Assembly: GCF_036365525.1 (NCBI RefSeq)
Contig: NC_090407.1
Coordinates: 24,828,084-24,892,083 of the forward strand
Direction of reading: 5' to 3'
DNA: 64,000 nt
From: Heterodontus francisci
Lineage: Eukaryota
Part shown: positions 34,366 to 46,300 of the stretch, one piece after another
Position numbering within the stretch: position 1 is the stretch's first letter
Layout of the letters: each line of letters starts with the position of its first letter
The notes under the pieces: generated by a model
The model's input: only the letters and a program-made list of their open reading frames with translations
Databases searched by the model: none
What the model was told of the DNA's origin: nothing
Position numbers and translations under genes: made by a program

Positions 34366-37300
34366 CTGAAAAATAGATATATTCTGAACAACCTGCTCAA
34401 AATTCTCAACAAGAGGATGCACAGGCCCAACTGCTTATACTGTTCCATATTTTTTTTTTAAACTGTAAAACAGACTTTTGAAAAGCCAAGATGCATGCAG
34501 CCTGTCCTGAAACTGAGCGATAGGAAGTTCTCAAATTTGATCCCCAGGCTGTGATTGCAACCCTGGTGACAGCTACAGAATTGCAATTCAACTGGATTAA
34601 CAGAGGGTCAGCTGGTCAAGGGCCTCTCTCCTGATCGCTTTTAGTGACCTGCACCTAAAGTGCATGTATGAGGATAGGATCAGGCTTGACTGTAAAGGAA
34701 ACAGCCTAATAACACTCACCAAGACAACATACATGATGAATGGCTGCCCAGGGAGGTTGCTGAATGCCTCAACCATATTACAACAAGATTAGTACCTTCA
34801 GAAAAAAAACTAGTGAGAAAATAAGGAAAAGCAAAATCAGCCCACTGAATCTGTTCTTGTTGATATTCCAGATACAGTCTACATTTCAAGTAATCGGTGT
34901 TGTCTATAAAATTTCAGCAAAACTTAACAGTCGGTGCATCAAATTTCCACACCATGTCCACTTCAACTATGAAAACATCTAGCAGGACAATTATAGATTT
35001 GTCCTTCCAAACTTGGACTGTATCTGGAGAGGCCAATTTGAGCTGAATAATACTGAACTATGGGTGCATAAAGGTCTATCTTTAGTGATGGTAGCGATGG
35101 AGCATTTTGAGGGAATGAAGTATTGCATTAGAGGAGTACACGTATAAAGAACAACTGCTTCCTCTAACATATTGATATCAATACACTAAGTGCATCTGCT
35201 GAGAAAAATGTATACTGATTAATTTAGATACAGCTGTCCAGATTTGCAAGATCCACAAATTTCCAGCATTACCAGTGCCAGTAAAGATTTTCCCTCTTTC
35301 CAAATTGTTGCTTTGCTTCAGAAGAAAAAATAGTTTGTAAAGCCAATTCCAATTAATCAAGGTCTGACACAAGGCTGAGGTGTTGTCACTTGTGGCAGAT
35401 AAATGAGAGATTTTAAGCAGGTGAATCAAACTACAACAACTTTCATTTATATAGCACCTCTAATCTAGAAAACATCCCAAGGCACCTAAATAACAGCATC
35501 ATCAATAAAACAATTTTTGACACTGTGGCACAGAAGGAGAAATCGGAAAGGATTTGAGCAAAGAGATAGGTTTTAAGGAGCATCTTAACGGAGGAGAGAG
35601 GGGTAGGGAGGGAATTCCAGAGCTGAGGGCCAAAGCAGCTGAAAGGATGGCTGCCAATGGTGGAGTGATTAAAAAAGATGTGCAAGAGACCAGAATTGGA
35701 GGCTTGTAGGGGTGGAGGAAGTTACACAGATAGGAAGGGGCAAGGCCAAGTAGGGATTTGAAAACAAGGATGAGGATTTAAAATGGTCAGATCTGGAGCC
35801 AGTGCAGGTCAGCAAGCACTGGGGTAATGGGTGAATTAAGATAGTGCAGAATTTTGGATGAGCACGTTTACATAGGGTGGAAGGTGGAAGATTGGACTGG
35901 AGAGAATTGGAATCACCAGAATCTGTACCAAATAAACACAATGCAGTTTTGGAGTGTTGACCCCAAATGTTAAGACTCAACCAGCAGTATTGTGTTCAGA
36001 GTAAAAATAAAACAACTCACCCTTGTTAGGAGTGTTTGTAGATCATCTGAGTGAGCATAGTTACTGAATACATGCACTAGCGCCTTCATGTACCAAGACC
36101 CCTCTTTTTTATCTCGCCAGGACACATAGCCTAAAGGAAGGGTTCAAAAATATCCGAATAACCCATTTTGACAAGTAACAATCAGAGAAAAAAAATCTTA
36201 GGCACTAATTTGTTTATGCAGCCCCAGCATCCTGTCAAGCTGCACTCCCATCACAGCCCACAACTGTCACTGCGTAACTCTCAAAGCTGTGACCGCACTT
36301 CAAAAACTCATTAGGTACTGGCCCAATAGCTGAGTGCTGTTCTCCAGAGTCTCTGCAATTGCAATCCACTAAATAAGGTTCACTATTACACATATTATAT
36401 ATTATGAATATAACAACAATATATTGCAAGCAAAAACAAGTGCAATAAGAAAACTGCAATAAATATATTTACAACACTTTAATTAAATTACCTGGTAAAA
36501 ATCAGGAAAGGACTTGGTACTTTAAGGATCATTACTGGGAATACAAGTTACTCAGACTGGCAACAGATGGGAGGTGGTGTTCCACAGGAATTGTTGCTGG
36601 GACCACTATTGTTCACCATTTACATAAACAATTGGAATTCTAGAATCGGAAGTACAGTTTCAAAATTTGAAAATGACACTAAATTGGGGGTATAGTTAAT
36701 ACTTAGGATGACTGTGACAAAATACAAGACATTAATAAACTTGCAAAACGGGTGTGTAATTGGCAAATGAATTTCAATATAAATAAGTGTGAGGTGGTGC
36801 ATTTTAGTAGGAAGAATAAAGAAGCCGCATTGTCCTTGGAAAATAAGTCTAAATGGGATAGAGGAGCAAAGGGATCTAGATGTACAGATAAACGCAACAC
36901 TAAAAATAGCGACACGTGTTAATAAGGCCATAAAGTAAGTAAACAAAGCACTGGGGATTATTTCTAGAGGAAAAGAATTTAAAAGCAGAGAAGTTACTTT
37001 AAACTTGTATAGAGCCTTGGTTAGACCACACTTGGAGTACATTGAACATTTTTGGTCTCAACACGATAAAAAAAAGATATAGAGGCACTGGTGAAGGTAC
37101 AAGAAAGATTTATAAGGATTATACCAGAACTGAGAAGTTATACCTATCAAGAAAGATTGAACAGGCTGGGGCTTTCTTCTCGAGATTAGATTAGATCTAC
37201 AAGGTCTTTTAAGATTATGAAAAGGTTTGATTGAGTAGTTGTATAGAAGATATTTCCAATTGTGGGGGAGACCAAAACCAGGGATCATAAATATAGTCAC

Positions 37301-40300
37301 CAAGAAATCCAATAGAAATTTTTTTTTTACCCAGAATGGTGAGAATGTACAATTCACTACCACAAGGAGCGATTGAGATGAATAGCATAGATGCATTTAA
37401 GGGTAAGCTGAATAAACACATGAAGGAAGGAGGAACAGAAGGTTATGGCTGGTAGGGTTAGCTGAAAAGGAGTGGGATTAAAGTCGTGTGGAGTGTAAAC
37501 ATTGGCATGGACCAGGTGGCCCAAATGGCCTGTTTCTCTCCTGTACATTCTATGCAAAAATGTAAACTAGCATTCAACATTTAGGTTTCTCACCATCAGG
37601 GACACCCAGCTGAGTAATATTGTGTTCTCTTCAATGTCTGTAACTTCATTTCAAAACCATAATTTCTTTACAAACTTTTTTTGGAAACTTAAGTTTTTTT
37701 TCCAATAATACTATTTTTTCTTACAAGGTGGGAGTACAGCATAAAACTCTGCAGCTAATTGGTAAGAGCTAGTTATCTCAATGAATGAAGCCCACGATGT
37801 TGACTGATGTTGGGAATGAAAAATATCACAGTGCTGTAGTTGGTGTGTCAGAAATGGAAAGTGCTTCATTTTTCAGCATTAATATTCATCATTTTGATAA
37901 GCTCGAAAATCACAAGGAAGGAATTAATATAGGTCAGCAAAAATGTTAAAAACTGACTGATGCTAGCTGCTTGAACCCAAAAATGCAACAGTGTTGACAT
38001 TCACTTGGATCGAAACAAAACATGGATCACATCACTCCCGAGGCACTAACTGGGCAAGTAAAGGTACCTGGGAATGTAGAATATGAAACCAAAATGTCAC
38101 TGGAGGTTGGTAAGCTCGATACTGCATCTGGCTCATCTGCTCGACATGGAGTTGCGTCGGTCTGCAAACTAACAGTGTCATTGGGTATTTCAAGAGCACT
38201 GTCCACCTCCTCAGCTGTCTTGAATCCTGTATCCTTCAGATCTGAAAGAATGAAAAAGTTTCACTGTAATGCTGTGAAAGTACATGCCCGTTGGACTGTG
38301 TCCTTCAGATAATTTGGATGCTCAGAGATAGTGCACAAAGGTGTTCTCTGTCTGCAGTGCTGGTCTTTCTCACTCGTGCTTTCTTTTGCCCTCTCTCTTT
38401 CAATGCTGCACTGACCACTGATAAAAAGCAGTTAGAGATGAAGCACATAAGAGGAGACGATGAGATAGTACATGACCAAAGAGGCTGGGAGTAAAGAGTA
38501 GTAAAGAATTTCAAAGAAAATTGGATAAATATTTGAGAATGGAATATAAAAACATGTAGGAAAAGGGCAGAGTAATGGGATTAGTGTAGATAGCTCAGTT
38601 TGAAGAGCTACCACCTGCACAGCGGTGATGGCCTCTACCTATACTAACTTTCTATGATTCTATGAAAAAAGGCAAATGGTAATACAAATGCTAAAAATTC
38701 AAAGTAATATTTTTCCCTGAATGCAAACAATAGAATAAACCAAATGTGGAAATAGGGTAGCTTTTCCTTAATTGTTCAGTTCTTGTGCTCATATTTCTTC
38801 CCCTCTTAGTGTGCTTGCAATGTGGAAGATGCACCAATAAGAGATAAAGGAAGTGCCTGAATGTAATACAAGAGGGGAGCACTAACCCAATTACTTCACC
38901 AAGTAAGTAATGCTGGAGGTACAACAAAAAATTCTGTAAAGTCATAATATGTCCTGAGTTATGCCTTTGAAGAGAGGAAGGGTGTGTGTCTGTGTGTGGC
39001 AGCTACATTCCTCAGGGCTTAGGCAGCACTGTCAGTGGCAGTACTCCCATGCAGAGTAAAATCTATGGAGGAGGACTGATTCATCAGCTGAGGGAGAACT
39101 GGAGGTGGTAATCAGCAGAAGGTTTTCTTGCCCTGCAGCACGAGGCTTCATGGGGTTTGGACTCACTATTGAGGACACCAAGTGCCACTCCTGACTGTAT
39201 ACCAAAGTTTTCCCATCTCTGGTTGATCTGTCCAGCCAGTGGGATAGACATACCCAGAGATGGTGATAAAGGAATCTGGGATGTTGGCTAATGATGACTA
39301 TGTCGGGTTGACTGGTTTGCGGGACAACCCTTCCAACATTGGCACCAGTCCTCAGATGTTACTGAGGAGGACTTTGCAGGACCGATTGGGCTGAGTGTGC
39401 CTTTCTTGCATCCTAATTTCTTGTCCAGGTTGCAGTCAAGTGGTACCTCTAATTTTATTCTTGTTATTCTTTGTAGTGGTTTGATATAACTGAGGGTCTT
39501 GCTAGGCCACTTCAGAGGGCAGTTAAGAGGGAACCGCATTGCTGTGGGTCTGGAGTCACATATAGGCCAGACTGGGTAAAGGTGGCACGAAATATACAGT
39601 TGGGTTTTTACAGCGATCCAAAAGCTTCATGGTCACATTTACCAATACCTTTAACTCCAATACTTTTATTCCCAGATTTTATTTTAAAACAGAATTTAAA
39701 TTCTCAAACTGCCATCCTCTTCCTGAACTAAATTTGAAAACAGATTCTCTTGATTATTAGTCCAGGCCACTGGATTACTAGTCCAGCAACATAACCACTA
39801 CACTACCATATCTTGACAGTAAATATTTTAGTGCTGATTTGAACATGGTTTCTAAGGCTGAGTTAAAGTACTAATCCATCCAAGCTTGGCAATACAATGA
39901 GAATAATAGTGCCGCTAGAGACCCAGGCACAAGACTGGAAGGACTCTGATTACAGTTATATAACTATTTTGGACTAACTCTTGAATATGTTCACTGACTG
40001 CTTAATTAAACACCAATAGTAACTACACTGATTTTTTTAATGCCTCCAATAGATGAGCTATTTCTGTAACTCAGCAACAATTATGGCACCTACCTCCGCC
40101 ACAGGCCTGAACGAAGAATAATTTGGGCTTTTCACGCAGTGTTGGGCTGTGTGAACCATCAAAGTAGCTGACAATATGCTGAACTGGCACTGGTTGACCC
40201 CCATCCACTCCGAAAATTGCACCAGGAAATTGTCTGTGCTGAGCCTGAGTAAAGAAACACATGTATAACTTTCAACATTACAACAGTAGAGTATGCACCT

Positions 40301-43300
40301 ATGCCCAGGAAATGTGGCTAATGTAGTTGCAACTGCAGTGTGCACCCATACCCAGCTAATGTCAGTTACCGTAAAAAGGATAATTTACACACTAATACTT
40401 GTTCTATACTGACTTGTGTTTAGTATACGTAATGATGGGATGAAAATCTTTGGTCCGATAGCTGTCCTGTAAACTGTCATTCTCAGAGAACAGACAAGGA
40501 AGGCTGATATGACAGATGTAGAATATCACAGTATTGCAGTAAGGGGTGCCGTCTGGGATAAAAACAGAAAGTGCTGGAAATACTCAGCAGGTCTGGCAAC
40601 ATCTGTGGAGAGAGATGCTGCCAGACCTGCTGAGTATTTCCAGTACTTTCTATTTTCATTTCAGATTTCCAGCATCCGTAGTATTTTGCTTTTATTTTAG
40701 GGTGCCATCTGAGGATGGGACTGAGGTACATTATTGGAATGAGGCAGAGAATCGCTTTACTCTGTAGTTAAGCCATGCTGTACCTGACCTGGCAGTGCTT
40801 GATGCTTCCAGTAAGTGCCTGAAATCGGAAATTATTCCATTCCCAAGTAGAAATACTCTTCAGTTAAATGAGTACAAAGTTTCACTCGAGCATGAAAGGA
40901 AAAAAAAAAGGTTCCATATTGAGAAGTAGTCGCCCTTATTCATCAAATAAAGGGATACGCCACACACTACAAATAGTTTATTTCCCCTACCTACTTCTCA
41001 GCTAATGCATTTGATTTCTCTGTTTGTAAGCACTCCCACACCATGCACCATTTACCAGTTATGGGAACAAAGCCAGCTCCTTGACAAATGTACATAGGGA
41101 CATACCATGATGAACTGACCTCTGATTTTTTTTGTACCATCTTAGGCTGGAAGTTTTGACCAGGACAAAGGTCCCCTTCATTCTCTCGACTTAAGCAGAA
41201 ATTCAGTAACAAGTAGGCAAAAAGCAGCATGCTTTTCCAAAACAGTTATTTGCTATCCATAGCTGCTACAAGTTCAAGGGTGGCGCAGTGGTTAGCATTG
41301 CAGCCTCACAGCTCCAGAGACCCGGGTTCAATTCTGGGTAATGCCTGTGCGGAGTTTGCAAGTTCTCCCTGTGACCGCGTGGGTTTTCGCCGGGTGCTCC
41401 GGTTTCCTCCCACCGCCAAAGACTTGCAGGTGATAGGTAAATTGGCCATTGTAAATTGCCCCTAGTGTAGGTAGGTGGTAGGAAATATGGGATTACTGTA
41501 GGGTTCTTGGTCCCTAGTTGCTATTTAACAACCCAAATTGGCCAAAAGCATTTTGCAACTTTATTTCAGTTTAACAACAATAATATCCCTCATGTCAAGA
41601 TATTAAACTGCTCTTTCCGTATAACACTGTTTGATTTTTAATTCAAACTCTATCTGTCTGTACATCTATTTTCAGTCATTCCAGAAGTTGAAGTCTAACA
41701 AATGTCACTGCCAAGCATTTTGCATCAATGAGAAAAATAAGCACAAAAAACCCAACAAATAGTGGAAATCTGAAATGTAATAATGCTGGAAACACAGATC
41801 TAGTCAGCATCTGAAGAGAGAAAAGAACAATTTTCCCCAAACGTTTACTTGTCCTTACTCTTTGATAGACACTGATGAACCTGCTGTATTTCCAGCATTT
41901 TCAGTCTTTGATTCAATTCTCCCAAAAGGCTTGTGTTAGAGTGCACTCTATTGGACCTCGCTTGCATGTCTGTCCTTTGCAGGAATACTAAAGGAACTGT
42001 GACCTGCAGGTCTTTAGAAGATGGTGGCATAGTGGTAATGTCACTGAACTAGTAATCCAGAAACCCAGACTAATGCCCAGGGGACACAGATTCAGATCCC
42101 ACCACAGCAGCTGGTGGAAATTAAATTCAGTTAATTAATCAAAAAAGCTGGAATTGAAAACTAATCTCAGTAATGGTGTCATGAAACTATCATCGATTGT
42201 AAAAAAAAAACACATCTGGTTCACTAATGCCCTTTAGGGAAGGAAATCTGCTGTCCTTATCTGGTCTGGCCTATATGTGACTCCAGACCCACAGCACTGT
42301 GGTTGACTCTCAACTGCCCTCTGAAATGGCCTCACAAGCCATTCAGTTGTCAAAGGCAATTAGGGATGGGCAACAAATGTTGGCCTTGCCAGCAATGCCC
42401 ACATCCCATGAAGGAATATTAAAAAAACACACCACTTCCTCACCAGTGTAGCAGCTCAAAGATCGTGCACAAATTTGTATAATCCACCAAAGGGCAGTAC
42501 ATCATAGGTAGTGGTACAATTATACATTTAGTAAGGTCATTGTTATTATGCAAAAGAAATGTTTCTAAGTCAGGTTCAGCAGGAAACAGAACAGGAAAAA
42601 CTAGAGCAGAAAAAGAAGTAGAAAGCAAATGGTTGCTAGGTGGCAGTAGAAGTTAAAACCAAAGAGAAAAACACCAAAACACACAAACAGAAGTCAAACA
42701 AGAAAATTGCACCCTTATTGTTTCAGTATTACTGACCCACCAGACTAAATTATGCCATGCAGCTACTGTATCTATTGTTAAGTCAGCATTGTGACTCACC
42801 TGACTGCCATGTGAAAGAATAACTACAACACAACAGTCGAAATTCTTATGGTCCTTGTGAGCAAGACTCTTCAGCTCCTCCACCATTACCTGTCAGAGAG
42901 AAACATAGAACAGAATGAGGAAACACCAACAATCCATGATGCAACATTTGTTAAAACTAAGACTTTCACAAATCAAGTCACCATGGGGAACATGTAATCA
43001 TAGTATTGTCATTCAGTTTCGCCTGAGCAAGTGTAAAGTGGTTGGGAGTTAGAGGAGAAAGAAAATCATAAGGCAGCAGGTATCTCTAAGGGCTTGTACC
43101 ACATACAGTTTCAGGGATGGATAAAGTCATTATATAAAGATTAAACCTTCTGCTATGTCCAACTCCAACTGCTGGTTGGAGAAACTAGGACTAGGGTGTA
43201 TAGTCTAAAAATTAGAGCCAGACATTTCATGAGTGAAATTAGGAAACATAGGATATATGACACAGAAACAGGCCATTCAGCCCAACCAGTCCCTGCTGGC

Positions 43301-46300
43301 ATATATGCTCCACTCAAGCCCCCTCCCATCTTTTCTCATCTAAATCTACCATTGTAACTCTCTATTCCCTTCTCCCTCACATGCTTGTCTAGCTTCCTCT
43401 TAAATGCATCTATGCTATTTTCTTCAACCACTCCCTGTGGTAGCAAGTTGCACATTCTCACCACTCTTTGGGTAAAGAACTTTCTTCTGCATTCTCTATT
43501 GGATTTCTTGGTGACTATCATATTAATAGCTTCTAGTTATGCTCTTCCCCACAAGTGGAAACATTTTCTCTGTATCCACTCTATCAAAACCTTCCATAAT
43601 TTTAAAGTCCTCTATCACATCACTCCCTTAGCCTTCTTTTTCAAAAGACCCAGCCTGTTCATCCTTTCCTGATATGTACATCCATGCATTTCGGGTATCA
43701 TCCATGTAAATCTTCTCTGCACCCTCTCCAGTACCTCTATATCTTTTTTATAATATGGTGACCAGAACTGCATGCAGTACTCTAAGTGTAGTCTAACCAA
43801 GGTTCGATACAGGTTTAGCATAATTTCCCCACTTTTAAATTCTATCCCTCTAGAAATAAAGTCTAATGCTTGGTTTGCTTTTTTACGACTTTGCTAACCT
43901 GTGACGTGACTTTTGTACCCCAAGATCCCTTTGTTCCTCTACCCCACTCGCACCTTCCAAGTAATAAGTGACTCCCTATACTTCCTACAAAAATCTATTA
44001 CCTTAAATTATCTGTGTTGAAGGCTGGTAGAAGTTTGAAACTTCTCTTCCACAAATGACAATTGATACTAGATCAGTTATTAATTTTAAATCTGAGATTG
44101 ATAATTTTTGTTAATCAAAGGTATTAAGGAATATGGGGAAAAGGCATGTATACGGAGACAGGTCGCAGATCAGCCATGATCTCGTTGAATAGTGGGACTG
44201 GTTTGAGGGGCTAAATGGCCTACTCCTGTTCCTATGTTCGTATTATGCAGAAGGCTCTGCCATAGGTGTACCTACCTGCTTTTCATAAAAGCCTGGATAA
44301 ATTCTGGAAGTTAACTGCTAAATTCTAGGAATAGAAATTTTGCATAGTGCATAGGCTGAAGTTAACTCCAATGAAAATATGAGGGATTGTGCAAAGCTCC
44401 TGGTGAATTTGGATGGGTAGCTGTAACACTGTGTGCTGTTCATACAGTGGGGGCAATCAGTGCTTCGGTGGCCATGCTTTGAGCACAGTCAATAGTTCTC
44501 TTTTTCTGGCTCTTTGGAACAATCATGGTTGGTTCTGAAGTTACAGGTTGCTTGTAATAGACAGAGATACCCTTACACTGTGTTTGATGCAAGGCTGTGA
44601 TCTGCTTTACAGGCACATTGTGTGCTCTATGACTATAATGACTAGTCAAAGGTTAATAGTTATGTGTGGAAATACTCACTTGTTTGGTCAGATTTCTTTT
44701 AACAATAACCTCAAAGTGCAACTCCTGAAAGAGTTTCTGCACATTTTCACAATCGATGTCAGAGCCTGAACGACAATTTAAACCACTGCTTGGATAGAAA
44801 TCCACATTGTTGATGATCAAACAACAGCCACAAGGATTAGCGTCCATTTTATAAATCTAGAAGTAGGCAAAGTGAAAGGTGAAATCTACAGAAACTGAAC
44901 ACTTGCTGAAAATGGAAATACAATTTTCACTCAATACAGTCTCTTCTTGATAATTCAATGTCCTTTTCTTTGCACTAAAAATGTAAACAATCTAATAACT
45001 TGAACAGGATGACCTGTTTCTGTCATGTAAGTTCTATGTAAATAACACAGTGAAATTTGGTGATTAAAAACAGAATTATGAGATAAATTAAGCACTTTTG
45101 AATTAACTGCATCAGTGCACAATTTTATTGTTTTAATAATGTCTTTCTCTGGGAGTGGTAAATCAAAGTGATGGATATCAGTGATAAAGAATGGAACACT
45201 CTGTTAGTCAAGATCTCTCAGCAGATACATGGAAATGCTTCTCTGCTCTAACAATGTACTCTAACTTTAGCATCAGACAATCAGCACTTACTGTATCAGT
45301 GGTAATTTTTCAACTTTCAACAAACTATATCCATTTAACTACTCTAAGGAGAAGCACTAATTCATAACCAAATAGCAGAAACTTGTACTGTAAACCTATG
45401 TACACTACGTGCTGCATTAAGAATAACTAATTTATTCCATACATGAACCTTAAGAGCAGACAGACTGGTTCCATGAAATTAAAATCAATAGAATCTCATG
45501 TCCCAGGCTAAAAGACTAATGTAGTTATCAACCAGTCCTCATTTTAAATCTTAATAAAGTATCAATTCCATCCATGTATGGTCACTATGTTGGTATGGGT
45601 TTATACATACAAACATCTGCAAAACTAGCACAAATTGAATTTGGGACTGAATTATCCCCCGTACCAATCATTATCCTAAACTGAACAAGCAAACAGCTTG
45701 TACAGGTACTGTGTTACAAACACTCACCATGTCATCATGTTGTCTTTCTGTAATTGTTTTTCTTGGAACTATGAAATCAGTATCCGAACCTGAAACACAA
45801 GGACACAAAATCGTAATGCATCTTCCTCCATATAAAAAATTTCATCTAAGTCACTTACAGCTGCATTTTCAAACTCCTAACTGCCCAACACTTTGGCCTT
45901 CCAATCGCCACAATACTTCTACAGTGTCAACCTGCTTGATACTCTCTCCCCTTTACCTTTTGATGTCCTTATTCCAAGTAAAATCTTTACTTTCTTATCC
46001 TGATCACTCCTCCAGTTCAGCCCCATCTTTGTTCTCTCAAGTCCAAGGGATACAGACGAGAGCAAATCTGATGCACAACTAGTTTATGCATCCATCACCA
46101 GATCTGGCTGCAAGTACAATCAGGCTTCATTCTCCTCTGAAAAATATGCCCACTACTTCAGGATGATCCTGGAGAGCCAAGATAACCTCCAGTTATGTTT
46201 CTTAACCATCTTCTTAAACCTCATTCCCCCATCCCTTCCAGCCACACCTCCACGTTTATGGAGCGTATAGATTTTGCCACTATGTTCAGCTACCTCCCTT

